Program-made: the position numbers and the translations under genes
Shown here: one piece after another, positions 40,676 through 50,165 of the stretch
How positions within the stretch are numbered: the stretch's first letter is position 1
Layout: every line of letters begins with the position of its first letter
Notes under the pieces: generated by a model
Told to the model about the DNA's origin: nothing
The model's input: only the letters and a program-made list of their open reading frames with translations
Databases searched by the model: none
NCBI GenBank assembly: GCA_034521595.1
Contig: JAXHMG010000003.1
Span: forward strand, 2,944,001-3,008,000
DNA: 64,000 nucleotides
Reading direction: 5' to 3'
Origin: Gemmatimonadota bacterium
Lineage (GTDB): Bacteria; Gemmatimonadota; Gemmatimonadetes; Longimicrobiales; Gaopeijiaceae

Positions 40676-40711
40676 CCGGAGCGCTGGTCGGTGTGCCGCC
40701 AAAACGGTGGC

Positions 40712-42478
40712 TCACCGGCCGAGCGGCCCGGTCGGCCGAATGCACCATGGGCAGTACCGCCAACCGGGCTCCAGGCGCTCCCCGCATGCGCAAGCTCTCG
40801 CGGTGCGCCCGCCACACTGCGGGCATGCGAGGGCCCCGACGGGCACGGCGCCGTCACAGGTCGCGCACGAGCGAGTGGCTCCATCCGCGGCGCCAATCAA
40901 CCGTGTGATTTCGTGGGGCGTCGTCAGACCCGACGCCACCGCCCGGCGTGCATCGGCATCCATGCCCACCATGCCTCCTTCGCGGGCAAGGTGTCGGACA
41001 CGGGCGGACGAGCCGTTTCCCGAGATTTCGTCCCGGAGCGGATCGGTGATGGAGAGGACCTGAAACACCCCGGTGCGTCCCGCGTGTCCGTCGCCACATT
41101 CGTCGCAGCCGACGGCACGACAACGGGGGCATGACCGTCGCACGAGGCGTTGCGCCACCACGCCGGACAAGCCCCCCGAAACCAGGAACGGAGGCACGCC
41201 CATGTCCAGCAGTCGGGTGACGGCTCCGGGCGCGTCGGTCGTGTGAATGGTCGAGAGCACCAGGTGGCCGGTTACCGCCGCCGTCATCGCGATCTCGGCG
41301 GTCTCCCGATCGCGAATCTCGCCGACCATGACGACATCCGGGTCCTGCCGGAGCACGGCTCGGAGCGCCTCGGGAAAGCCCAAGCCCGAACGCCGGTCGA
41401 CCTGGATCTGGCTGGAGCCCGGAAGCCGATATTCCACCGGGTCTTCGAGGGTGACGACGTTCAAGGTGTCCCGGTCGAGCTCCGACAGGGCGGCGAAGAG
41501 CGTGGTGCTCTTCCCGCTGCCGGTGGGGCCGGCCGACAACACGACCCCCTCACCGCGCGCGACCAATCTGCGGAGCTCCTTCAGATCCGCGGGACGCATG
41601 CCGAGCTCGTCCAGGCTGCACGGCGCCGCATCGGAGTCGAGGATGCGAACCACCGCCTTTTCGCCTCCATTGACCGGCAAGGTGCTGATGCGAAGCGTGA
41701 GGCGGCGGCCCCCGTGCGTCAGGGGGATCCGGCCGTCCTGGGCACGCCTCCGCACCGAGATGTCCATGCCCCCGAGCACCTTCACGCGCGAGAGCACCGC
41801 ACGACGCGCGGCGGCGGGAAGCTCGAGGGCCTGCCGCAGGATACCGTCGATTCGGAAGCGCACGCGGACGTCGTCGCCCATCTCCTCGATGTGGATGTCG
41901 CTCGCCCCGGCGTCCGCGGCGTCACGCAGTAGGCGGTCCACGAGGCGCACCACCGGCGCGGTGCGGGTGGCTCGCTCCAACTCCCCGTCCGGCACGACCG
42001 GTCGGTCCTTGAGCTCGTCGGGGAGCGATTCGACGAGCTCGGCGAGCCCGCCCCCGTACGCCGCTTCGATCCCGTCGAGCACGGCGTCCGCGGACGCCGC
42101 GACGGGCTGCACGCGGCGGCCGGTCTGGAACTGCAGGTCGTCGATGGCCGTGAGGTCGAGGGGATCGGCCATGCAGACGTCGAGCGTACGCGGCTGCGCC
42201 GCGACGGGGAGCACGCAGTGAGCACGAGCCAGAGCGGGACGGACCGCGCGCACCGCGTCGGGATCGGGGGACAGCGGGGGCGGACGGTAGGGGATGGCGA
42301 GCTGGGCGGCCAGGGCGCGGGCCACGTCTTCCGCGGTGACGAAGCCGGCTCCCACCAGAGCCTCACCGATACGCTCGCCCCGTTGCCGAGCCCCCTCTAG
42401 CGCCTCTTCGAGCTGCGCTTGCGTCAGGCGGCCGGTCTCCACGAGGAGCTGCCCCAGAATCTTCGGTCTCGTGCCCAT
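40712..42478 (-). CDS. GspE/PilB family secretion ATPase with MshEN-like N-terminus and C-terminal zinc ribbon
   Basis: GASDIH, GPTGSGKSTT, LEDPVE, LRQDPD, TGHLVLSTIH, tetracysteine motif, terminal CxxC pairs. Confidence 0.92.
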   Translation of the reverse strand: MGTRPKILGQLLVETGRLTQAQLEEALEGARQRGERIGEALVGAGFVTAEDVARALAAQLAIPYRPPPLSPDPDAVRAVRPALARAHCVLPVAAQPRTLDVCMADPLDLTAIDDLQFQTGRRVQPVAASADAVLDGIEAAYGGGLAELVESLPDELKDRPVVPDGELERATRTAPVVRLVDRLLRDAADAGASDIHIEEMGDDVRVRFRIDGILRQALELPAAARRAVLSRVKVLGGMDISVRRRAQDGRIPLTHGGRRLTLRISTLPVNGGEKAVVRILDSDAAPCSLDELGMRPADLKELRRLVARGEGVVLSAGPTGSGKSTTLFAALSELDRDTLNVVTLEDPVEYRLPGSSQIQVDRRSGLGFPEALRAVLRQDPDVVMVGEIRDRETAEIAMTAAVTGHLVLSTIHTTDAPGAVTRLLDMGVPPFLVSGGLSGVVAQRLVRRSCPRCRAVGCDECGDGHAGRTGVFQVLSITDPLRDEISGNGSSARVRHLAREGGMVGMDADARRAVASGLTTPHEITRLIGAADGATRSCATCDGAVPVGALACPQCGGRTARACACGERLEPGWRYCPWCIRPTGPLGR

Positions 42479-42539
42479 GCGTGAGGATGGCCCGGCGCAT
42501 TGGGCGGGCGGATGGCCGTTCGAGCCGGAAGCAGGGCGC

Positions 42540-43448
42540 TCAGGCTCCGAGGCATCTCCGCAGATACGGCGCTACGTCGCGCAGGTCGCGAAGCGCCGTC
42601 GCCTCTTCCCACCCCGGACCGGTCGCGAGGCCCAGCGCCGGGTTCCTCGTATGGCCCGCCCACACGTCCTCGAGATTCCCATGGTCGCTGGCAATGAAGA
42701 GAAGCGTGCCCCCAGCGAGGCTCTCCAGAACACCTTGAACGAATCGGTCGACCCGTTCGATCGCGGTCACCGCCGCGCTCATCTCGCGCGTGTGCCCGGC
42801 GGTATCCGTTCCGTAGTGGGCGTACAGGGTCAGGTCGTGATGGTTGGCGATCGCCGCGAGGTTGCGCCCCGCGTGCTCCGGCGTGACATCCGGTATTCCC
42901 GCACGGCCCAGGCGTTGCCGCCAGCCGTCGTTCACGATCTCGCTCGACACGGCCCGCCCCTGCTCCAGGGCTTCCTCGTGGCGATCGAGCAGGCCCGCGC
43001 CCCGCGCGGCGAGTGGCGGACCCGCGATCCGTCGGCTTCCGTTCGGTCCGGGCCATCCCCTGGGATACGCGTTCGCGAAGGCGGCGGCGCCTCCAGCCGT
43101 CGTCACCGCCCGAAGCACGCTTCGCTCCTCGACCAACGGTCTGAGCCGCACCGGGACCCACGGCCCGAAATGCCCACCGAAGAGCGTGCCCGCTTCGAGT
43201 CCGGTCAAAAGAGCGCTCTGCCCGGTCCCACTCTGCGGTGTTCCGTTCACCCCGAGTCCCGCGTCCAGCGGGAAGGCCGCTCCGTCGGGGCCGTGCCGGA
43301 CCGGTTCTTCCAGGTCGGGCGGCTCGCCGCCGAACAGGTGCGTGAGCGCGGGAGCACGCGCGCGCAGGAAGGGATTCCGCTCGGGATCGGAGGTGCCGAT
43401 TCCGACACCATCGAGGAATACGAAGAGGATGCGGGCGGGCCGTGCCAT
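42540..43448 (-). CDS. Alkaline phosphatase superfamily metalloenzyme (phosphoglycerate mutase-like)
   Basis: FLDGVGIG, PQSGTGQ, TDTAGH, SDHGN, HTRNP. Confidence 0.85.
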   Translation of the reverse strand: MARPARILFVFLDGVGIGTSDPERNPFLRARAPALTHLFGGEPPDLEEPVRHGPDGAAFPLDAGLGVNGTPQSGTGQSALLTGLEAGTLFGGHFGPWVPVRLRPLVEERSVLRAVTTAGGAAAFANAYPRGWPGPNGSRRIAGPPLAARGAGLLDRHEEALEQGRAVSSEIVNDGWRQRLGRAGIPDVTPEHAGRNLAAIANHHDLTLYAHYGTDTAGHTREMSAAVTAIERVDRFVQGVLESLAGGTLLFIASDHGNLEDVWAGHTRNPALGLATGPGWEEATALRDLRDVAPYLRRCLGA

Positions 43449-43488
43449 GGCGCGTGGGCCGGACCTCGCCGCGGAGCGGCGCTCCGGC

Positions 43489-44049
43489 CTACTCTCCCGG
43501 ACGGAGGTCCATGGTGATCTGGACCTGGATATGGCCCATGTCCGCGCGGTCTCTGAGCGCGTCCCGGATCCTGGGCTCCACCTTCTGGTACGCCGAGCGC
43601 ACGCCTTCCCTCAGCTCCTTGCGGAGCACCCGGAGCGCGTTCACGTCCGCGCGGCTGGTCTTGGTTTCCTTGCGGGCCTCGGCGATCTGGTAGGGGCGGA
43701 TCTCGAACGGCGTGACTCCGACGTCGTCGTGCCGGTCGTGATCCATGTAGTGGACCGAGATGCTCACGTCACCGCGGGCGTGATGGTGATGGATGTCGCC
43801 CACGGCCTGGAAACGCGATGCCAGCCGCCCGAGCTCGTTTCGTTGCGCGGCGTTGGTGTACGCCCGCTCGATGGTCGCGAAGACCCGCTTCATCCGTTCG
43901 GTGGTGGTCGCGTCGACATCGGGAATGTCCGTGTCGAGCTCACGACCGAGGGCCTGCCGGTCGGCGCTGTACTGGGCGCTTTCGGCGTCACGGTTCCTGG
44001 TCCGGTCGATGTTGTCGAGAATTCGGTCCGGGTTGGTTCGATAGCTCAT
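43489..44049 (-). CDS. Hypothetical protein (186 aa)
   Basis: MSYRTNPDRILDNIDR...; coding-like codon usage from ATG 44049; the longer upstream ORF extension looks spurious. Confidence 0.75.
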   Translation of the reverse strand: MSYRTNPDRILDNIDRTRNRDAESAQYSADRQALGRELDTDIPDVDATTTERMKRVFATIERAYTNAAQRNELGRLASRFQAVGDIHHHHARGDVSISVHYMDHDRHDDVGVTPFEIRPYQIAEARKETKTSRADVNALRVLRKELREGVRSAYQKVEPRIRDALRDRADMGHIQVQITMDLRPGE

Positions 44050-44367
44050 GGATCGCGGCGGCGCTGCGGGCTCGAGGAGCGGCCGAACTCGAGGCTCGAC
44101 CTCGCCCTTGACGATACACGGTCGGCATTCCTCGGCCAAGGGTGCTCCCTGTCCCACCGCCCACTCCCGTCCGGGCGCTCCGGCGCGCGCGAACGCCTCC
44201 GGGCCGTTGTTCTCGTGAGCGTTTTCCCTTGCGGAGGCGCCGTCCCCGTGATTCATTCCTTGGCTCCCGGGCTGCCGGAAGGCCTGCATTGTCGTCATCT
44301 TTCGACGCTTCCGCCGGGGCACACCGGGTCGCCCCCGTAAACCACACCATGCGCTGGAGAACTCCGC

Positions 44368-46245
44368 TTGAGCTCCGCCCGAGGTAAAATCACCGGGTTC
44401 GTGGTGGCCACGACGTCCGTGATCGCGGGTGTCTTCCATATGTACTCGGCCGGCGTTTCACCCTTCACTGCGTTGGTACAGCGACCCGTTCACCTCGGGT
44501 TGATGGCCATTCTCGGCTTCCTGGGCGTGGGGGTCCAGAAAGCCGTGACGAGCGACGAGAAGGCGACCCGCTTCACGCGAGCCGAGGCCGCTCTGGGCTG
44601 GGTGCTGGCGGGGCTCTCGGTGCTGGCGTGTGCGTACCTCGCGATCGAGAATAGGGAGCTCGTCGCCCGGTCGGGCAATCCGACGACGGCGGACCTCGCC
44701 TTCGGGGCTCTCCTCGTCGTGCTCGTTCTCGAGCTGACCCGCAGGGCGACCGGGTGGGGATTGGTGACCGTCTGTCTGCTGGCGCTCGGGTATAGCGCCG
44801 CCGGGCCGTACCTGCCGGGGATGCTCGCGCACCGGGGTTATCCGGCGACGCGGGTCGTCGAGCACCTCTACCTTTCCACGGAAGGGATTTGGGGCATTCC
44901 GTTGGGAGTGTCCGCCGATTTCGTCTACCTCTTCGTGCTGTTCGGCGCCGTGCTGGACGTGGCCGGCGGGGGGGCATTGCTCATCGCCCTGGCGAACAAG
45001 ATCGCGGGCCGCACCCGGGGCGGTCCGGCGAAGACGGCCGCCGTGGCGAGCGCGCTCATGGGTTCGCTCTCGGGGAGCGCGGTCGCGAACGTGGTGACCA
45101 CCGGCACGTTCACCATCCCGTTGATGAAGCGCGCCGGGTTCCGGCCCTTTTTCGCCGGAGCCATCGAGAGCGCCGCGAGCACCGGCGGACAGCTCATGCC
45201 GCCGGTCATGGGGGCGGGAGCGTTCATCCTCGCCACGTGGACGAACGTCCCGTATCTCGAAGTGGCCCTCGCGGCCGTGATCCCGGCGCTCCTCTACTAC
45301 GGAGCGCTGCTGGCGGCCATTCACTTCCGCGCGGCCCGGATGGGCATCGAGCCCGACAGGGAGCTCAACTCAGAGCGCGTGGTCGACCGGCTACACCTCC
45401 TTCTCCCGCTCGCCATCATCGTCCTGTTGCTCGGGATGGGCCGCTCACCGATGCGCGCGGCGTTCTGGGGCGTTGCCTCCGCGCTGATCATGGCCATCCT
45501 CCGTCCCGCCACGCGCCCGTCCAAGGGTGAGATGATCGAGATCATGGAGCGGGCGGGACGCGGTGCCGTCCAGGTCGCCGCGGCGTGTGCGGCGGCCGGC
45601 ATCGTGGTGGGGGTCGCGTCCCTCACCGGGATCGGGCTCCGCATGTCGGAGCTGATCATCACGCTGTCGGGTGGACACCTGCTCCCCGCGCTCGTATTGA
45701 CGGCGCTCGGCTCGGTCGTGCTGGGCATGGGGCTTCCGACCACGGCCGCGTACGTGGTTTTGGCCGCGCTGGGCGCTCCGGCGCTCGTCGAGTTGGGCGT
45801 GCCGATCCTCGCGGCGCACATGTTCATTTTCTACTTCGGCTGCATCTCCAACGTGACGCCGCCGGTATCCCTGGCGGCGTTCGCGGCGGCGGGCATCGCG
45901 GGCTCACCTCCCATCCGGACGGCGTTCACCGCGGCCGGGCTCGCCGGCGCCGGCTTCATCGTCCCGTTCATGTTCGTCTACGGGCCGGAGATCCTGCTCA
46001 TCGGTGAGCCGGTGGATATCGTGCACGCCGTCGTGACGGCATCGGTCGGTGTCCTCCTTCTCGCCACTTCGGTGGTCGGCTATGCACGTCGGCCGCTGGC
46101 GTGGTGGGAGCGGATCATTTCGTTCGGCGGTGCCATCTCACTCGTATATCCCCATCTTTTGACGGACGGGGTCGGCCTCGTGGTCGTTACGTATATCTTT
46201 CTCAAGTCCGAACGCGCTCGCCCGACGGAGGCAACAGCAACATGA
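44368..46245 (+). CDS. TRAP transporter fused 4TM/12TM permease
   Basis: EGIWGIP, GGPAK, SGSAVANVVTTGTFTIP, GMGLPT, TPPV. Confidence 0.95.
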   Translation: MSSARGKITGFVVATTSVIAGVFHMYSAGVSPFTALVQRPVHLGLMAILGFLGVGVQKAVTSDEKATRFTRAEAALGWVLAGLSVLACAYLAIENRELVARSGNPTTADLAFGALLVVLVLELTRRATGWGLVTVCLLALGYSAAGPYLPGMLAHRGYPATRVVEHLYLSTEGIWGIPLGVSADFVYLFVLFGAVLDVAGGGALLIALANKIAGRTRGGPAKTAAVASALMGSLSGSAVANVVTTGTFTIPLMKRAGFRPFFAGAIESAASTGGQLMPPVMGAGAFILATWTNVPYLEVALAAVIPALLYYGALLAAIHFRAARMGIEPDRELNSERVVDRLHLLLPLAIIVLLLGMGRSPMRAAFWGVASALIMAILRPATRPSKGEMIEIMERAGRGAVQVAAACAAAGIVVGVASLTGIGLRMSELIITLSGGHLLPALVLTALGSVVLGMGLPTTAAYVVLAALGAPALVELGVPILAAHMFIFYFGCISNVTPPVSLAAFAAAGIAGSPPIRTAFTAAGLAGAGFIVPFMFVYGPEILLIGEPVDIVHAVVTASVGVLLLATSVVGYARRPLAWWERIISFGGAISLVYPHLLTDGVGLVVVTYIFLKSERARPTEATAT

Positions 46246-47180
46246 AGTTTACATCGAGATTCCTGGTCGCCGCGCTCGCTCTCGCTACGCTGACGGGATG
46301 TGGAGACGGCGGAGAACGCCGTTTCTTCTCACTCGGCACGGCAGGCACGGGCGGCATCTACTATCCCCTCGGCGGCGCGATCGCGAGCCAGCTCTCGGTC
46401 GCCGACTCCGTGCGGCAGTACACGGCGGAGGTGAGCGGCGGCTCGGAAGAGAACGTCAGCCGGCTCGCCCAGGGGCAGATCGACCTGGCCATGACCATCG
46501 GCATGACGGCGTACCAGGGGTACCACGGGGAAGGCAGCTTCGAGACCCCGGTGGAGGATCTGCGCGCGTTGGCGCCACTCTACCCGAATGTGACGCACAT
46601 TCTGGTGCCGAGGGACTCTCCCGCGCAGACGGTGGCGGATTTCGAGGGCATGCGCGTTTCGGTCGGATCGGCCGGAAGCGGCACGGAGACCCTGTCCCAA
46701 CACGTCCTGGCGGCGCACGGCCTGACCTATGACGACATCAACGAACGCTTCCTCTCGTTCGCGGAGTCGTCCGCGGCGTTGCAGGACGGCGCGATCGACG
46801 CCGCGATCATCTCCGTGGGCTACCCCGCCGCCGCAGTGCTCGAGGTGACCACCACCACGCCCATCCGTCTCCTCCCCGTCGAGGAGGACGTGATCGACGC
46901 GATGCTCGAGGAGCATCCGTACTACAGCCACGGCGAGATACCGTCCGGGGCGTACCGCGGGATGGAAGAGACGATCAGCACGCTCGCGGTCATGAACTGG
47001 ATCGTGGGAAGGGAATCACTGGACCCCGAGATCGTCGAGATCCTGCTCGACATCATGGAGAACGATCGTGCCGCGCTGGAAGACGTGCACGACATGGCGA
47101 GCCAGATCGACCTGAGCCTGATGGGCAGCCCTCCGATTCCCCTTCATTCCGCCGCCCAGGCGTGGTTCGACGCTCGCTGA
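46242..47180 (+). CDS. TAXI family TRAP solute-binding lipoprotein
   Basis: Lipobox LTG-C, GTAGTGGIYYP, SVGSAGSGT, PLH. Confidence 0.94.
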   Translation: MKFTSRFLVAALALATLTGCGDGGERRFFSLGTAGTGGIYYPLGGAIASQLSVADSVRQYTAEVSGGSEENVSRLAQGQIDLAMTIGMTAYQGYHGEGSFETPVEDLRALAPLYPNVTHILVPRDSPAQTVADFEGMRVSVGSAGSGTETLSQHVLAAHGLTYDDINERFLSFAESSAALQDGAIDAAIISVGYPAAAVLEVTTTTPIRLLPVEEDVIDAMLEEHPYYSHGEIPSGAYRGMEETISTLAVMNWIVGRESLDPEIVEILLDIMENDRAALEDVHDMASQIDLSLMGSPPIPLHSAAQAWFDAR

Positions 47181-47218
47181 GCGACACGAGCGCACGCCTG
47201 CCGGCTACTGGACGAAAC

Positions 47219-50032
47219 GTGGCGAGCACAATACGTGAACAATGCGGGCGGCGAGCGGCTCTCGGGCTGCTCGCCGCCTCGATTCTCTGGCCCGCCGGGG
47301 CGGTCGCTCAGGACAAAGCCTCGCCCGACGACCACGCACCCGTGGCCGATACCGTGTCCGAAAAAGGTGCTCGCGTGGCGTCCGGCGGAGTCCAGCGGCG
47401 GACACCGGCGGACGCGCTCCACGCGGCCGCGCCGATGCCGGAGAGCTTGCGGATCGACGGGGTCATCGACGAGCCCGCGTGGGAGAACGCACGGGTCTTC
47501 ACGGACTTCGTTCAGGAGCAGCCCGTCGAGGGGGCACCGGTCGAGCACGAGACCGAAGTGCGCGTCCTCTTCGGCGACGGCGCGATCTGGGTCGCCGCGC
47601 GCATGTGGGACTCGGAGCCGGACCGCATCGTCGCGCAGCTCGACCGCCGGGACGACCGCGGCCAGTCCGACACGTTCAGCATGCACCTCGATCCCAACCT
47701 CGATGGGCTGACCGGCTACATGTTCGGCATCAGCGCTGCCAACGTGCAGCGTGACATGTACATGTACGATGACGACCAGCTCGACGGAGCTTGGGACGCG
47801 GTGTGGACGTCCAGCGTGCGGATCGACGATCAGGGCTGGACCGCCGAGTTCCGCATTCCCCTCTCCCAGATCCGCTACGAGGCTTCCGAGGAGCCTCAGG
47901 CGTGGGGAATCAATTTCTTTCGCGAGCGGAGCGCGAGCGCCGAGCGCAGCTACTACTCGCTGGTCTCCCAGCTTCGCCGGGGCCGGGTCAGCCAGATGGG
48001 CCGAATGGAAGGGGTCCGCGTCACGCGGCCTTCGCGCCGGCTCGAGGTGCTCCCCTACGCGGTGGCCAGCATGCACCGGGGGCCGGCCGAGCCGGGCGAT
48101 CCGTTCTTTTCCGGAAGCGCCGCGACGAGCCGTGTCGGTGCCGACGTGAGTTACGGGTTGGGGGCGGCCTTCACGCTCGACGCGACGGTCAATCCGGATT
48201 TCGGTCAGGTGGAGGCGGATCCCGCGGTGATCAACCTCTCCGCTTTCGAGACGTTCTTCGACGAGCAGCGTCCGTTCTTCGTGGAGGACGCCCGGATCTT
48301 CGACTTCGGGCTCTCGGGCGGGCGTAATCAGCTCTTCTACAGCCGACGCATCGGCCGTTCACCGAGCGGCGACGCGCCGGGTGACCCCACCTTCACGGAT
48401 ATCCCGGACAATACGTCCATCCTGGGTGCCGCCAAGCTCGCGGGCCGCACCTCGAGCGGGCTGTCCGTCGGAGTGCTCGGCGCGGTGACGGGTGCGGAAA
48501 CCGGTCGCTCGGCCTTCGAAGACGGCGCGCGGGAGGAGTTCCTCGTGGAGCCGCGTGCCGAGTACGGTGTGCTGAGCCTCGCGCAGGACTTCAACGGCGG
48601 AACCACGCAGATCCGAGGGATGGGGACGGCGATGCGCCGTGACCTGCCCGGGGACGGGGCGTTCGACTGGCTTCCGTCTTCCGCGTTCAACGGTGGGCTC
48701 CGCTTCGAGCATCAATGGAACGACCGGGAGTGGGCCCTCTGGGGATTCCTGGCCGGAAGCCACGTGCGTGGCGACGAGGAGGCCATCACCCGGATCCAGC
48801 GCGCGAGCAACCACTACTTCCAGAGGCCCGACGCCACGCGCTTCGCCCTCGACCCGACGGCCCGCTCGATGTCGGGCGCCGAGTGGCGTCTCCAGTTCGA
48901 GCGCCGGACTGGAGACCACTGGACGGGTGCGATCTGGGCGGCGGAGGTGACGAAAGGCTTCGAAATCAACGAAACCGGCTTCTCTGGCACCGCCGAGCGT
49001 GTGGATGGTGGTTTCCGCGTCGGCTATCGCGAGATCCAGCCCGGAGACCTCTTCCGGAACTACAACGTCACGTTCAGCACCTTCCACAACTGGAGCCACG
49101 AGGCGTTCGACGATACCTGGTCCCTCGATTCCTGGAAGAACGCACGCACCGGCGGCTCGTACAACGTGCGCGGGCACGCCGAGCTGCTGAACTACTGGGG
49201 GCTGCGCGCCAACGCCTCCTACCGTCCCCGGCAGATGAGCCGGTCGCGCACGCGGGGCGGACCCATGATGGTCGTGCCCGCCTCCACGAGCTTGCGCGTG
49301 AACGTCGACAGTGACCGCCGTAAGGCGGTGAGCTTCGGTACGAACATGGAGGTGAGCTCCGACCGCCGCGGCGACGGGGGGAGCTACCAGATCGGGGGCA
49401 ACCTGCGCGTCCGCCCGTCGAACAACGTCGAGGTATCGGTGAGCCCGCGGTTCGAGAGCTCGCGCTCGACGGACCAGTACGTCACCACCGTCCGGTCGGG
49501 CGATTTCGAGCCGACCTACGGGAACCGTTACCTCTTCGCCGACTTGGAGCGGCGCAGCTTCTCCATGGAAGGGCGCGTCAACTGGACGTTCACGCCCGAC
49601 GTCTCGCTCCAGGTGTTCGCGCAGCCGCTCCTCTCCTCGGGTGACTACGTACGGTACAAGCAGCTCGGGCGCGCCGAATCGTTCGACTTCGACGCCTTCG
49701 TGCCGGGCACCGGGCACGAAGTGGGCGGGGACGTACGCTGTGATGCCTCCATCTGTGAGCTCGACGGCACCCAGCACGTGGACTTCGACGGGGATGGCAC
49801 CGCGGACCATGCCTTCACCGATCGGGACTTCAACTTCCGGTCCCTCATCGGCAATGCGGTCTTGCGTTGGGAATACCGACCCGGGTCGACGGTCTTCTTC
49901 GTCTGGCAGCGCCAGCAATCTCAGCGAGCCGCGGTGGGCGACTTCGATCTTCGGCGCGATACCGATGCGCTCTTCGGCTTGCCCGCGGACAACCGATTCA
50001 TCATCAAGGTGAACTACTGGCTGGGGATCTAG
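47219..50032 (+). CDS. DUF5916 / CBM9-like outer-membrane protein
   Basis: IDG.IDE..W, WTAEFRIP, TVNPDFGQVEAD, LFYSRRIG, C-terminal KVNYW. Confidence 0.85.
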   Translation: MASTIREQCGRRAALGLLAASILWPAGAVAQDKASPDDHAPVADTVSEKGARVASGGVQRRTPADALHAAAPMPESLRIDGVIDEPAWENARVFTDFVQEQPVEGAPVEHETEVRVLFGDGAIWVAARMWDSEPDRIVAQLDRRDDRGQSDTFSMHLDPNLDGLTGYMFGISAANVQRDMYMYDDDQLDGAWDAVWTSSVRIDDQGWTAEFRIPLSQIRYEASEEPQAWGINFFRERSASAERSYYSLVSQLRRGRVSQMGRMEGVRVTRPSRRLEVLPYAVASMHRGPAEPGDPFFSGSAATSRVGADVSYGLGAAFTLDATVNPDFGQVEADPAVINLSAFETFFDEQRPFFVEDARIFDFGLSGGRNQLFYSRRIGRSPSGDAPGDPTFTDIPDNTSILGAAKLAGRTSSGLSVGVLGAVTGAETGRSAFEDGAREEFLVEPRAEYGVLSLAQDFNGGTTQIRGMGTAMRRDLPGDGAFDWLPSSAFNGGLRFEHQWNDREWALWGFLAGSHVRGDEEAITRIQRASNHYFQRPDATRFALDPTARSMSGAEWRLQFERRTGDHWTGAIWAAEVTKGFEINETGFSGTAERVDGGFRVGYREIQPGDLFRNYNVTFSTFHNWSHEAFDDTWSLDSWKNARTGGSYNVRGHAELLNYWGLRANASYRPRQMSRSRTRGGPMMVVPASTSLRVNVDSDRRKAVSFGTNMEVSSDRRGDGGSYQIGGNLRVRPSNNVEVSVSPRFESSRSTDQYVTTVRSGDFEPTYGNRYLFADLERRSFSMEGRVNWTFTPDVSLQVFAQPLLSSGDYVRYKQLGRAESFDFDAFVPGTGHEVGGDVRCDASICELDGTQHVDFDGDGTADHAFTDRDFNFRSLIGNAVLRWEYRPGSTVFFVWQRQQSQRAAVGDFDLRRDTDALFGLPADNRFIIKVNYWLGI

Positions 50033-50066
50033 TTCTCCAGAGCACACCCCGCATTGGATTCCGATC

Positions 50067-50165
50067 ATGGAAACCTTCGAGATCGTCGTGTTGGTCGTCG
50101 TCTTCTTCGGGTTCCTGGGGCTGATCGCCTATGCGGCGCGCCATGCGCGTTCCGGCGATGAGTGA
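50067..50165 (+). CDS. Small single-pass membrane protein (32 aa)
   Basis: Not in ORF track; METFEIVVLVVVFFGFLGLIAYAARHARSGDE*; fills the gap and overlaps the next start. Confidence 0.55.
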   Translation: METFEIVVLVVVFFGFLGLIAYAARHARSGDE

